NCBI GenBank assembly: GCA_964446535.1
Contig: CAYUOR010000003.1
Coordinates: 14,871 to 78,870 of the forward strand
Source of the DNA: an uncultured Candidatus Saccharibacteria bacterium
Lineage (GTDB): Bacteria; Patescibacteriota; Minisyncoccia; Phycocordibacterales; Zambryskibacteraceae
DNA: 64,000 nt
Direction of reading: 5' to 3'
The position numbers and the translations under genes are program-made. This document shows, one piece after another, positions 28,240 to 38,648 of the stretch (position 1 is the first letter of the stretch; every line of letters begins with the position of its first letter). The notes below the pieces were generated by a model. It did no database searches and had not been told where the DNA came from. It worked only from the letters and a program-made list of their open reading frames with translations.

Positions 28240-29355
28240 TTATTTTTGAAGTCCTTGGGTAATGCTATAGATGGGGGTAATTATGGAAATGGCGACAAAG
28301 CCAACGAGTAACCCCATGATAACCATGAGCACCGGTTCAATCATGTTGGATAAATTTTTTGTTGAATCCTCCACCTCGCTCTCATACATATCCGAGAGAT
28401 AGTTCAGAGTCTCGGAAAGGTTGCCGCTTCGTTCGCCGACAGAAATAATTTGTGAGAGAACATCAGGAAAAAGTTTTCTATAATTTTTCATGTGAGAAGA
28501 AATTTTTTCTCCTCTGTTGGCAACTTCCGCAAGTTTTTCAAGTTCGGATCGGTAAATCAAATTATTAGTTGAGCGCGAGGTTATCGGCAGGGCTTCGGAA
28601 AGAGTCATTCCACCATTAAGAAGAAGGCCTAGAGTGCGGCTAATGTTGGCTAGATGATAATTTTGAATCATCTGGCCGATTAGCGGGGCGCGCATAGAAA
28701 GTCTGTCAAACCAGTAGTGGAATCTTTCGCTTCTTTTAAAAACGAATCTAAGCACTAGAACGAAAACAATGATTCCCAACAATAACCAAAGTCCGTAGGC
28801 GCCAAGAAAGTTGCTCGTGGCAATAAGAATCTTTGTGGTTACAGGTAATTCGACGTTAAGACTAAGGAAAATTGGCATTATCTTCGGAAAAATAAAGACA
28901 ATAAGGAGGCTTGTAATACCTATGGTGGCTAAGGTAATAAAAATCGGATATACCATTGCGCCAACCACCTTTCGCCTTAGAAGTTGCCGCTTCTTTAACT
29001 CTTCAGCCAGATAGGAAAGGTTCTCGCTGAGAGCTCCAGTCTGTTCGCCAACAGCAATAATACTTATGGCAAAATCACCAAAAGCGTTTTTGAAATTTTT
29101 TAGACTATCGGAGAGCGAACGACCGCTTGAAACATCGGCTATCGTCCTTTCAAGGAGTCTGTTATAACTTTTGGAAATTGTTTGCTCCCGAATCATGCTC
29201 AAAGCCTCAATAAGTGAAACTCCGGCATTAATAAGAAATGAAAGACGCTTTGCAAAAAAGGCTTGTTCACCTATAGAAAACTTGCCGAACCTGAAATTTG
29301 TCAAAGAACTTTTAAAAGATTTGCCGCCACTACTACTTACTTTTTTTGAAAACAT
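28240..29355 (-). CDS. pilC: Type II secretion system F-family platform protein (PilC/GspF-like)
   Basis: 371 aa with two GspF repeats and three TM segments. Confidence 0.88.
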   Translation of the reverse strand: MFSKKVSSSGGKSFKSSLTNFRFGKFSIGEQAFFAKRLSFLINAGVSLIEALSMIREQTISKSYNRLLERTIADVSSGRSLSDSLKNFKNAFGDFAISIIAVGEQTGALSENLSYLAEELKKRQLLRRKVVGAMVYPIFITLATIGITSLLIVFIFPKIMPIFLSLNVELPVTTKILIATSNFLGAYGLWLLLGIIVFVLVLRFVFKRSERFHYWFDRLSMRAPLIGQMIQNYHLANISRTLGLLLNGGMTLSEALPITSRSTNNLIYRSELEKLAEVANRGEKISSHMKNYRKLFPDVLSQIISVGERSGNLSETLNYLSDMYESEVEDSTKNLSNMIEPVLMVIMGLLVGFVAISIITPIYSITQGLQK

Positions 29356-29356
29356 C

Positions 29357-30574
29357 TTACTCGTGAATTACGCGCAGGACTTCTTCTAGGGTTGTCTCTC
29401 CCCTTTTGGTGCGATTTATACCGTCTTCAAGCATGGTGGTCATACCATTTTTAACAGCGATTTTTTTAAGTTCGGAGGCCGACGCCTTGCGAAGGATGGC
29501 TTCTCTGATTTCATCATCTGCTACCAGAACCTCGTTGATACAAATTCTACCTGAGTAACCTGAATCATTACATTTCTTGCAACCCTTACCATGAAAAATG
29601 GTCTCGCCCCCCTCGAGATCTGAGAGAAGGGTGTTATTTTTCAGACCCTCTTTCATGGCTGTGGTTAGAGCCACCGGCTCTTTGCAGTGTTCACATATTT
29701 TCCTTACCAGCCTTTGGCCAATTATGATATTCACGGTCGAGGCAACAAGATAGGTTTCAATACCCATATCTAGCAATCTCGGTAGCGTCGTGGCGGCATC
29801 GTTTGTGTGAAGGGTAGAGAGTAAGAGGTGTCCGGTGAGTGCCGTATTTACCGCAATGTTAGCTGTTTCAGAATCGCGGATTTCTCCAACCATAATGATA
29901 TTAGGGTCCTGGCGAAGAATGGAACGCAGACCGTTGGCAAAGGTGAGGCCGGTACGATGATTTACCTGAATTTGTTCTACGTCGGGAATAGCATACTCTA
30001 TCGGATCTTCTATGGTAATTATGGAAACTTCCGGTGAATTTAACATTTTTATCATTGTGTAAAGAGTTGTAGTTTTACCGGAACCGGTCGGACCAGTAGA
30101 GAGAATCATGCCATTCGGCTTTCTCAGGGCTGTAATTATTTTCTTTCTATCTCCCTCAGAGAAACCCAGGCTTTTAAGATCAAAGTTCTCCGATTTGTCG
30201 GCCAGGAGTCGTAGAACCGCGTTTTCACCGTGATACGTTGGTACAATAGAAACCCTGATATCGATGTGGCGCCCATCGGAAAGGTCTTGGCGTAAGCGCC
30301 CGTCTTGAGTCGCGTTATGTTCGTCTGTGCGAAGACGCGAAAGAACTTTAATACGAGAAATCACTTCTGGGTGAATCGTTTTGGGGAAATTATAAACATC
30401 CTGTAGTACGCCGTCTATGCGAAACCGGACTCGAACTTTATCAACCAGTGGGTCAATGTGAATGTCCGAGGCATGAACTTCATGAGCCTTTTCTATAAGG
30501 GAATTTACCAGACCGATAATCGAGAGATTGGTGCCATTGGCAAGTTCCTTCTCTACCGTGTTGGGGTTCGACAT
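29357..30574 (-). CDS. GspE/PilB-family secretion ATPase (short form, 405 aa)
   Basis: Walker A GPTGSGKTT, Asp/His boxes, and a C-terminal tetracysteine CEHCK...CKKC. Confidence 0.88.
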   Translation of the reverse strand: MSNPNTVEKELANGTNLSIIGLVNSLIEKAHEVHASDIHIDPLVDKVRVRFRIDGVLQDVYNFPKTIHPEVISRIKVLSRLRTDEHNATQDGRLRQDLSDGRHIDIRVSIVPTYHGENAVLRLLADKSENFDLKSLGFSEGDRKKIITALRKPNGMILSTGPTGSGKTTTLYTMIKMLNSPEVSIITIEDPIEYAIPDVEQIQVNHRTGLTFANGLRSILRQDPNIIMVGEIRDSETANIAVNTALTGHLLLSTLHTNDAATTLPRLLDMGIETYLVASTVNIIIGQRLVRKICEHCKEPVALTTAMKEGLKNNTLLSDLEGGETIFHGKGCKKCNDSGYSGRICINEVLVADDEIREAILRKASASELKKIAVKNGMTTMLEDGINRTKRGETTLEEVLRVIHE

Positions 30575-30685
30575 AATTCAACTGCTGTGACAACGAACTA
30601 TACTACAAATTATAGAAATATCAAAATAAAAATCGCCGCAAATCAATACGGCAATTTTTATTCAGCGAGAGCGGAAAAGCTGTCG

Positions 30686-31219
30686 TTACCTGACGTTTTT
30701 TACCTCAGCTTGGAGTCTTTTGAGCTGTTCTAGAAGTGACTGTATTTGCTTTTCAAGCTCGGCAATTCTTGAGGAAGTCTGGGATTCGTCTCTAATATGG
30801 AGAGCGGTAATGCCGCCGGAAGCTTCGTCGATCTGGCCTTTACCAGAAAGAATGTCACCAGACTTCATATCGGCAAGTGAAGCTACGCCCACTATCTGGG
30901 TACTAGAATTAGTAACAAGTGTCAGGGGTAAACCGTAGATAGTAATTGCAACATTAGAGCCAGAAAGTGAAACAAATTTTGCTCCGCTAAACTGGACTGT
31001 GCCTGAAGGATTTATTGAGAAACCAACTTTTGAACCTTCGTGCATTGCCTTATTCTCAGATTTGGTTTCAACTTTGTACTCGGTTTTTACCTTGATTGGT
31101 TCCGGTTCCTTCGTTGAATTCTCGGCAAAAGCAAGTTGTGCCGAAAACATTACTGCAAAGACAAGACCTGTTGCTAAAACTCCTAAAATTATTCCCCTTC
31201 TAAACGTATATTCATTCAT
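30686..31219 (-). CDS. Hypothetical exported protein with C-terminal coiled coil
   Basis: Signal-like N-terminus. The C-terminus has the heptad pattern IAELEKQIQSLLEQLKRLQAEV. Confidence 0.4.
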   Translation of the reverse strand: MNEYTFRRGIILGVLATGLVFAVMFSAQLAFAENSTKEPEPIKVKTEYKVETKSENKAMHEGSKVGFSINPSGTVQFSGAKFVSLSGSNVAITIYGLPLTLVTNSSTQIVGVASLADMKSGDILSGKGQIDEASGGITALHIRDESQTSSRIAELEKQIQSLLEQLKRLQAEVKNVR

Positions 31220-31364
31220 TGTTTTTTATGCTTTATGTGCTAACTACACGATTGTAACACGTCCGTTATACACTTTTTACCCACAGGATATTCACTTAGT
31301 TTTCAGAAAAAGAAATTATCAGTAGGAAAAAACTTTATGCGAGTCTTGTGATAAAATCAAAGAA

Positions 31365-31922
31365 ATGAGAAAAAGCTGGCTAATCTTTCTAATTTTACTT
31401 CTAGTTCTACTTGGCGTTGGTTTATATTTCCTAGGTGGCAAAAATTCAAGCACTAGTGTTGGTAAGCCGATAGTAGATGAGGGGGGTGTTGTCCGCCAAG
31501 ATCCTTCAGGCGCTACTTTTATAATTGACGGTGAAAATATCAAGCTCGTTGATGGAAAAAATAAAACAAAAATTGCCCCAGAGAGCTCATTTATCGAGGA
31601 AACGTCTCTCTTAGATAAATTTGCTTATGGCGACCTTAATTCTGACGGCAAAGAAGATACCGCCCTTCTTCTGGTGCGTTATGGGGCCGGTTCAGGAACT
31701 TTTGTATATCTAGCGGTATACATATCGGGCCCCGTCACCTACCACGGCTCAAATGCGATTTTTCTTGGAGACCGAATATCGCCGGAAACGATATCTATAA
31801 AGAATGGAGTTGTGTCCGTAAAATATTTGGATAGAAAGCTAGATGAGCCGATGGTAGCTGAACCCACAATTTCGGTTACAAGAGAATTTATATACAAAAA
31901 CGGAAGTTTGCAGGAAAAATAA
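31365..31922 (+). CDS. Hypothetical membrane-anchored protein (185 aa)
   Basis: ORF with an N-terminal TM helix and an extended -10 (TGATAAAAT) upstream. Confidence 0.4.
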   Translation: MRKSWLIFLILLLVLLGVGLYFLGGKNSSTSVGKPIVDEGGVVRQDPSGATFIIDGENIKLVDGKNKTKIAPESSFIEETSLLDKFAYGDLNSDGKEDTALLLVRYGAGSGTFVYLAVYISGPVTYHGSNAIFLGDRISPETISIKNGVVSVKYLDRKLDEPMVAEPTISVTREFIYKNGSLQEK

Positions 31923-31995
31923 CAGAGAGTTTAGTGGTATTTAGCCGAGTTTTATGATTTAATGTTTTCTTCCGCCATTCCGGCGGTTTTAAGTT

Positions 31996-33816
31996 ATGGA
32001 GATAAGAAATATCGCTATTATTGCCCACGTTGACCACGGCAAGACCACCCTGACTGATGCTCTAATGCGCCAAACTGGAGTGGCGGAAGAGGGTGTATCT
32101 ATGGACTCAAACGCGCTTGAGCTCGAGCGCGGTATTACTATTTATTCAAAAAATACTTCAATCTTTTATCCAAAAAATGGTGAAAAGCGCCCCGTAACAA
32201 AGATAAACATAGTTGACACGCCTGGACACTCAGACTTTGGCTCAGAGGTGGAGCGAGTTTTGCGGTCGATTGACACGGTGCTTTTGGTAGTTGATGCTCA
32301 AGAAGGACCCATGCCTCAAACACGTTTCGTTCTTAAAAAATCATTGGAGCTTGGCCTCAAGCCTATTGTGGTTATAAATAAAATAGACAAGGCTGCGGCA
32401 AGGCCCGAAGCTGTGCACGAAGAGGTCTTAGAACTTTTTATAGAGTTGGGAGCAAATAACGAACAAATAGATTTTCCAACGGTTTACGCCATAGGCAGGC
32501 AGGGAATTGCCAAAAAAGGTCTTCAAGATGAATCTAGGGACTTGACTCCACTTCTTGAAACCATCCTCGAGCATGTCGCGCCATCATCCAAGAATGATAT
32601 AGAACAGAAGCCGGAAGACTTGTCGGCACAACCCTTTAATCTGGCGTACGATAATTTCCTTGGACGCCTGGCGGTCACACGCATTTACGAAGGAGGGGTA
32701 AAAAGCGGACAGAAAGTTTTCGTAAAAAAACCGAATGGTGAATCTTATGAAGGAAAAATTACAAAGCTCTACACCTTTGAAGGTCTAAAAAGAAAAGAAA
32801 CGGAAGAGGTTAGGGCTGGAGATATTTGTATAATTGCCGGTCTCCCAGAAATTTATATTGGTGACACTATTGTGGGTGGAGAAGGTATTCCGGCGCTGCC
32901 GGCCATTTCTATTGACGAGCCAACAATATCACTAAATTTTCTTGTAAACGACTCCCCTTTCGCTGGTCGCTCGGGCAAGTTTGTAACAGGTAGACAAATC
33001 CGTGAACGATTAGAGCGTGAACTTGAGGTTAATGTTGGGCTTAGAGTAAATTTTGCTACTGGAGAAATTATGACGGTCTACGGTCGTGGCGAGCTTCATA
33101 TCGCCGTCTTGCTTGAGAATATGCGAAGAGAAGGTTTCGAGCTGCAGGTCTCGCAACCACAAGTGCTTGAGAAGGTGGAGAATGACACAAAACTTGAGCC
33201 ATATGAAGAGGTTGTTGTAGATGTGCCAAGCGATATGGCAAGCGCTATAATCGCCCGCCTTTCGGAACGTCGGGGAACCATGATTGATATGAAAGTTCAT
33301 GAAAATCAGAACAGAATAATCTTTGAAATTCCAACCAGAGGTCTTCTTGGTTATAGAAATCAATTTGTTGTCGATACTAAGGGGCTTGGTATTCTTTCTT
33401 CTAGATTTATTGCCTTTAAACCACACGCCGGAGACATGAAGCATGAGAAGAATGGTGCCATGATTTCTATGGAAAAGGGAAAGGCCCTCGCTTTTGCCCT
33501 CGACAATCTGCAAAAGAGAGGCGTTCTCTACATAGAACCCGGTGATGAAATTTATGAGGGTCAGGTTGTCGGCAATACCGCCAAAGGAGAAGATCTCTAC
33601 GTTAATCCAACCAAAGGTAAACAACTAACGAACATGCGCGCCTCGGGTTCGGACGAGGGTATTTTTCTCGCTCCTGCCTACAAATTGGATATAGAGAAAG
33701 CTATGGAGATTATGAATAGTGACGAATACATAGAAATTACACCCGAGGCGGTTCGGTTAAGAAAAATTTACTTGACCAAAGAAGCCCGTACAAAAGCGAT
33801 GAGGAAAGCGGTATAA
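31996..33816 (+). CDS. typA: Translational GTPase TypA/BipA
   Basis: AIIAHVDHGKTTL, DTPGHSDF, NKIDK, 606 aa. Confidence 0.95.
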   Translation: MEIRNIAIIAHVDHGKTTLTDALMRQTGVAEEGVSMDSNALELERGITIYSKNTSIFYPKNGEKRPVTKINIVDTPGHSDFGSEVERVLRSIDTVLLVVDAQEGPMPQTRFVLKKSLELGLKPIVVINKIDKAAARPEAVHEEVLELFIELGANNEQIDFPTVYAIGRQGIAKKGLQDESRDLTPLLETILEHVAPSSKNDIEQKPEDLSAQPFNLAYDNFLGRLAVTRIYEGGVKSGQKVFVKKPNGESYEGKITKLYTFEGLKRKETEEVRAGDICIIAGLPEIYIGDTIVGGEGIPALPAISIDEPTISLNFLVNDSPFAGRSGKFVTGRQIRERLERELEVNVGLRVNFATGEIMTVYGRGELHIAVLLENMRREGFELQVSQPQVLEKVENDTKLEPYEEVVVDVPSDMASAIIARLSERRGTMIDMKVHENQNRIIFEIPTRGLLGYRNQFVVDTKGLGILSSRFIAFKPHAGDMKHEKNGAMISMEKGKALAFALDNLQKRGVLYIEPGDEIYEGQVVGNTAKGEDLYVNPTKGKQLTNMRASGSDEGIFLAPAYKLDIEKAMEIMNSDEYIEITPEAVRLRKIYLTKEARTKAMRKAV

Positions 33817-33823
33817 TATCGCT

Positions 33824-34591
33824 ATGAAAAAACTCGAGACTTCTTCATATAAAGGGGTTAGGGATTTCTACCCGGAGGATATGAAGGTGCAGAATTACAT
33901 TTTCGATACCTGGCGTAAGGTGGCAGAAAAATTCGGCTACGTTGAATACGGCGCCTCGATCCTTGAGCCAACAGAGCTCTACACGGAAAAATCGGGCGCA
34001 GAGATTATAAACGAGCAAACCTTTACCTTTACTGACAGGGGTGAGCGTTCTGTTACCTTGCGACCGGAGATGACACCGACACTTGCACGCATGGTCGCCG
34101 CTAGGCGTAGGAACTTGAAATTTCCTCTTCGGTGGTACGCCATACCAAATCTTTTCCGCTACGAACGCCCGCAGCGAGGTAGAAAGCGAGAACATTGGCA
34201 ACTGAATTGTGATCTCTTGGGCATAGAAGGTGTTGAGGGCGATAAGGAAATAATTTCTCTCGCATACAGTGTTATGAAAGAATTTGGTGCCAAAGATTCT
34301 GATTTTGAGATTAGAATAAACAATGCCGATATAGAGAAATTTCGAGATATCGGGGCGAATTTTGTCTACGACGCTTCCCTGGCAAGAGGGCAAACATATT
34401 ATACTGGGGTAGTTTTTGAAATATTCGATACCGATAAATCAAACCCTAGGGCTCTGGCGGGTGGTGGGCGCTACGACAACCTTCTGGAGCTTTTTGACGT
34501 GGCGCCAGTGCCGGCGATTGGCTTCGGTATGGGTGATATCACTTTGCGCGACTTTCTTGAAACTCATGGACTGCCCATATGCGCAAGGTAG
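33824..34591 (+). CDS. Histidyl-tRNA synthetase-like class II core lacking an anticodon-binding domain (255 aa)
   Basis: HisRS motifs are present: RPEMTPTLARM, FRYERPQRGRKREHWQLNCDLLG and GGGRYDNL. The ORF stops right after the motif-3 region, where the next gene starts. Confidence 0.75.
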   Translation: MKKLETSSYKGVRDFYPEDMKVQNYIFDTWRKVAEKFGYVEYGASILEPTELYTEKSGAEIINEQTFTFTDRGERSVTLRPEMTPTLARMVAARRRNLKFPLRWYAIPNLFRYERPQRGRKREHWQLNCDLLGIEGVEGDKEIISLAYSVMKEFGAKDSDFEIRINNADIEKFRDIGANFVYDASLARGQTYYTGVVFEIFDTDKSNPRALAGGGRYDNLLELFDVAPVPAIGFGMGDITLRDFLETHGLPICAR

Positions 34592-35154
34592 TTTTTGATA
34601 TAGAAACTAAAAATTTTTTTTCTGACGTTGGGGGTAACGACCCAGCGCTTTTGGATTTGGCTCTGGTTGCCATTCACGACTCGGAAACTAATTCTTACCA
34701 GTCGTTTCTCGAGGAAGAGCTAGTCAGGCTCTGGCCAATAATTGAGCGGGCCGATGTTCTCATAGGCTTTAACTCGGACCATTTTGATATACCTCTTCTC
34801 AATAAATATTATTCGGGGGATTTAACAAAAATAAAAAGCCTGGACTTACTCAAAGAGATAAAAAATACTTACGGCAGAAGAATGCGTTTGGATCAGCTCG
34901 CCGAGGGCACTCTTGGTAAAAATAAGTCGGGGGGTGGTGCTGATGCTATAAACTGGTGGCGAGCTGGGGATATAGAGCGAGTTCGCTCATACTGTATTGA
35001 CGATGTTAGGCTTACCAAGGAGCTTTACGAATATGCGTTAAAAAACGGAAAACTTATTTTTAAAGAAGGTGGAGTATTGAACGAAATAAAGCTTGATGTT
35101 TCAAGTTGGGAGAGGCCAAATGGGCACAAACTTACCTTTTCGCTACCGTTTTAA
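34579..35154 (+). CDS. DEDDh-family 3'-5' exonuclease (DnaQ/RNase T-like)
   Basis: Exo motifs FDIETKN, SDHFDIPLL and YCIDDV. Confidence 0.7.
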   Translation: MRKVVFDIETKNFFSDVGGNDPALLDLALVAIHDSETNSYQSFLEEELVRLWPIIERADVLIGFNSDHFDIPLLNKYYSGDLTKIKSLDLLKEIKNTYGRRMRLDQLAEGTLGKNKSGGGADAINWWRAGDIERVRSYCIDDVRLTKELYEYALKNGKLIFKEGGVLNEIKLDVSSWERPNGHKLTFSLPF

Positions 35155-35193
35155 TTCTGATATAATTGTTTTCATAAACATTAATTAAAAACT

Positions 35194-35907
35194 ATGGATC
35201 CAAATCAAAATCCTGACTCGAACCCCTTAAACAGAAACTTGGTGCCTTTAGCCATAGTAATTGCTGGCGCGCTTGTTGCCCTAGCAATTTACTTTGGTGG
35301 AAGCGACTCATCTTTGCGTCTGCCGACAGGAAACGCCGAGAACACAACCACAAAGGCCGAGATCGCCCCAATTACCGAAAGAGATCACATCCTAGGCAGT
35401 CTTAACGCCGAACTTACCGTAGTTGAGTATTCTGACACCGAATGTCCATACTGTAAGGTCTTTCATAAAACAATGCACCAAGTCGTTGAAGACTACCAAG
35501 GCAGAGTAGCTTGGGTTTATAGACACTTCCCGATAGTACAACTGCACGCCAAGGCGCCAAAAGAAGCAGAAGCAACAGAATGTGCGGCTGAACTTGGCGG
35601 TAATCAAGCTTTTTGGAGATATATAGACAGGCTCTTTGAGCTTACGAATTCCAATGATTCACTCGACCTCGCAGAGTTGCCAAAGATTGCCGTCGCCATA
35701 GGACTTAACCAAGCCGCCTTTAATGAATGTCTCTCAAGCGGAAGGCACTCTGAATTCGTCGCGAAAAGTGTCGAGGCAGCTGTTAAGGCCGGAGCCCGCG
35801 GCACCCCGCACTCTGTTATTGTAACTAAGGGTGGGAAACAGCTGGTTATAAACGGAGCTGAGCCGATAGAATCAGTAAAGGCAAAGATTGATTCTCTCCT
35901 TAAGTAA
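35194..35907 (+). CDS. DsbA-family thiol:disulfide oxidoreductase, membrane anchored
   Basis: CPYC active site, N-terminal TM, thioredoxin fold. Confidence 0.8.
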   Translation: MDPNQNPDSNPLNRNLVPLAIVIAGALVALAIYFGGSDSSLRLPTGNAENTTTKAEIAPITERDHILGSLNAELTVVEYSDTECPYCKVFHKTMHQVVEDYQGRVAWVYRHFPIVQLHAKAPKEAEATECAAELGGNQAFWRYIDRLFELTNSNDSLDLAELPKIAVAIGLNQAAFNECLSSGRHSEFVAKSVEAAVKAGARGTPHSVIVTKGGKQLVINGAEPIESVKAKIDSLLK

Positions 35908-37416
35908 TTAGCGAACCTTGTCTTGAAGATACTTGAAAATGGCGTACATAGCGTACGTGTCAAGATTGCAATACTCTCTTAGATCGGCCATTATTTTTTC
36001 TTTGTCTTTCTGATTTTTTCCGCGGAGAATGGTCTCCATCCAAACCCTCTGAGCTTGTCCACCGTGGGAAATATTCAGGTCCTTGTAGCTGAAATCTGGC
36101 AAGAGTGCCGGCAAAACAGACTTTATGGATGATCGACCAAAGAAATCTTTGTCCACAAACCAACCCTTGGAGAAGGGCACCATTAGATCCACCATTCTAT
36201 CATTGACGCCATCCAAAAAAATTTTGTATTCGGGATACGCCTCGCCCATTTCTTTATTGCGACCTTTTTCAAAGGGCATATACCAAGAAATTACTGAACC
36301 GAAGCCAGAGAAATCATCTTTTAACCGCTTTAAGAGATGGGGCACAGGGTCGCTCTTTTCCGTATGTAGATACTCCTTGTGTTTCGGCTCTGTTCCTGGT
36401 TTCTCAAGAACATGGAGAGAATACTGAAATGGAATCTGCTGGTACGGGCGATAACCATCAAAAGCAGGAAGAACTCCAGCCATAGTTTCGTAATCGAGAA
36501 AATACAAAGGGTATTTCAGATCGTTGAGAAAGTTTTTAATTTCTTCGGTATTTACGTGCTGCCTTCCCGATTTCATCGCTTCAACCTGGCGCAGTTGTTT
36601 TTCGTTGAGTGGCCCATCAAGCGGAATATCGTTTAGAAGTTCTATACCGTTATCTTCGAGCCAGGCAATAGTTTTAGAATCCGGACTATAGAGTTTATAT
36701 ATGCTGGTTTCCGGCAACTTGCCCCTGATAAGCTGAAAGATTTTTAGCCACTCTTCAAAGACCTCGCCCCCTTGGCTCAGGTGTCGAGGAGAAATGTCTG
36801 GCATCGTTTTTGACTCAAGAATCTTAAAAGCTCTGGCGATGTTTTCCCTGGTTTCTTCCAGGGCTTCACGCACTTCGGCGGTAACGTCAGCCTTTGATGT
36901 GATACCTTTCGGATCTATATCCCCTCTTCTTACATATTTGTTATTGACGTGAAGAACGGAGATATTTCTTACCTTAAAACCAGCATCTTCAAGAACAATG
37001 GTCTGGAATGCAAGATCTACAATGTGTTCCGGTTTGACGCTTGTTGAGGCCTTTATTTCCGAGAGGTCAAATGTATTTTTGCCTGCTTTTTCCAAAACGT
37101 CGAAAATCGCGGTAATGTTGTTGACTTCAATTCGACCCTGGAGAATGGTTTTTGTTCCTTTCTCAACTTCTTTTAGAGTAAGATCAGGAAGGGCATAATA
37201 TTTCGTACCACTAAATTCATTGCCGTCTTTTTTGTAACCGAGGCGTACCGCATCTGGAAAAAGTTTCTCGGCATAGCTCTCAAAGAGCGTTCCTTCGTCA
37301 AAGAGCGCCTGTAAATCCTCGTCGGGCAGAGGCAGTTTACTCTTATCGTACTTCTTGAGCCAAAGCCAGGCGGGATGTTTGAGAAACAAGAGAAACTCTG
37401 ACTTGGATATAACCAT
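35908..37416 (-). CDS. DUF2779-like protein (502 aa) with putative N-terminal PD-(D/E)xK nuclease-like region
   Basis: The N-terminus MVISKSEFLLFLKHPAWLWL resembles the DUF2779 signature. No other motifs could be verified. Confidence 0.4.
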   Translation of the reverse strand: MVISKSEFLLFLKHPAWLWLKKYDKSKLPLPDEDLQALFDEGTLFESYAEKLFPDAVRLGYKKDGNEFSGTKYYALPDLTLKEVEKGTKTILQGRIEVNNITAIFDVLEKAGKNTFDLSEIKASTSVKPEHIVDLAFQTIVLEDAGFKVRNISVLHVNNKYVRRGDIDPKGITSKADVTAEVREALEETRENIARAFKILESKTMPDISPRHLSQGGEVFEEWLKIFQLIRGKLPETSIYKLYSPDSKTIAWLEDNGIELLNDIPLDGPLNEKQLRQVEAMKSGRQHVNTEEIKNFLNDLKYPLYFLDYETMAGVLPAFDGYRPYQQIPFQYSLHVLEKPGTEPKHKEYLHTEKSDPVPHLLKRLKDDFSGFGSVISWYMPFEKGRNKEMGEAYPEYKIFLDGVNDRMVDLMVPFSKGWFVDKDFFGRSSIKSVLPALLPDFSYKDLNISHGGQAQRVWMETILRGKNQKDKEKIMADLREYCNLDTYAMYAIFKYLQDKVR

Positions 37417-37425
37417 CGTTTCTTA

Positions 37426-38631
37426 TTAGTACCCTCTAAGTCTGTTTATCTTTTCGTGTTGGCGGATTTTTTCGTGCGCTTTTGCTTCAATCTGCCTTAT
37501 GCGCTCGCGAGTAACACCGAAAACTTTACCCACCTCTTCCAGAGTGTGCGTGTAGCCGTCAGTAAGTCCGTGCCTCATTTCAAGAATTTTTCTCTCTTTG
37601 GGTGGTAGGTCTCCCAGAATTTCTTTAACTTGATCGGAGACGATGCGTCGTGAAGAATCCTGATCGGGTGAGAGCACCTTGTCGTCGGCGAGAAAATCGC
37701 CAAGCTTCGATTTTCCGTCGTCACCGTCGTCACCAACCGGGCTTTCGAGAGAAACGGTCGATTGGTCAATTTTTTCTATATGGTAAATTTTGTCTACATC
37801 CATATTCATTTCAAGCGCAATTTCCTCCTGTAGAGGTTCTCTGCCTAAATCTTGTGTCAGTCGGCGAACGACCTGTTTATACTTGGCAATGGTTTCGACC
37901 ATGTGTACGGGAACACGGATGGTTCTTGACTGGTCGGCAAGGGCGCGAGTTATAGCCTGCCTAATCCACCAAGTGGCATAGGTAGAAAATTTAAAACCCT
38001 TTGTCCAATCGAATTTTTCTACTGCCTTGTGGAGACCTAGATTCCCTTCCTGAATAAGGTCAAGCAGGGTAAGATCGGGACTTCGGTTTGCATATTTCTT
38101 CGCGATAGAGACAACGAGACGAAGATTGGCTTTCATTAGAAGATTTTTGGCATCCATGTCGCCGGCTTCAATGCGTTTGGCGAGCTCTTTTTCCATAGAA
38201 CCAGCAATAAGCGGGTATTGCCCGATTTCACGCAGATACATCTGAATAGAATCGTAAGAGGAGTCGCCTCTAGAATAGGCGTACTGTTTGCCCTCCTTTT
38301 CTTCCGGCAGATCGAGCAGTCCGCCACCTTCAAGAACATCAATGCCAAGGGTGTTAAACTTTTCGTATAACTCGTCAAGAAGAGAGATGTCGGTTTCTAT
38401 GTTTGGAAATTCTTTAAGAATCTCGTCATAGGTAACAAACCCGCGCTCTTTACCGCGAGCCGTGAGGTGTTCAATTTTTAGAGCTTCGTTGATTCTCTGC
38501 TTAACGGGTTTTTTAGACTTAGTTTTAGTCGGTTTTTTAGTTTTTTTAACACTAGTCTTAGCCACTTTTTTAAATCGTTTTTTGGCGATTTTCTTGGCTC
38601 TGTATTTAATTTTTTTTATTTTTTTCTTCAC
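37426..38631 (-). CDS. rpoD: RNA polymerase primary sigma factor (sigma-70, RpoD)
   Basis: Regions 1.2-4 are present: [23 protein letters not shown], and [11 protein letters not shown]. There is a Lys-rich N-terminus. Confidence 0.95.
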   Translation of the reverse strand: MKKKIKKIKYRAKKIAKKRFKKVAKTSVKKTKKPTKTKSKKPVKQRINEALKIEHLTARGKERGFVTYDEILKEFPNIETDISLLDELYEKFNTLGIDVLEGGGLLDLPEEKEGKQYAYSRGDSSYDSIQMYLREIGQYPLIAGSMEKELAKRIEAGDMDAKNLLMKANLRLVVSIAKKYANRSPDLTLLDLIQEGNLGLHKAVEKFDWTKGFKFSTYATWWIRQAITRALADQSRTIRVPVHMVETIAKYKQVVRRLTQDLGREPLQEEIALEMNMDVDKIYHIEKIDQSTVSLESPVGDDGDDGKSKLGDFLADDKVLSPDQDSSRRIVSDQVKEILGDLPPKERKILEMRHGLTDGYTHTLEEVGKVFGVTRERIRQIEAKAHEKIRQHEKINRLRGY

Positions 38632-38648
38632 AAAATTATCTAACTATA

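Noticed and set aside
30575-30685. Promoter for the first pilus operon upstream of the PilB-like gene
   Set aside because: The AT-rich region has a minus-strand TATAAT at 30609-30614 but no convincing -35 at proper spacing. It was left unannotated.
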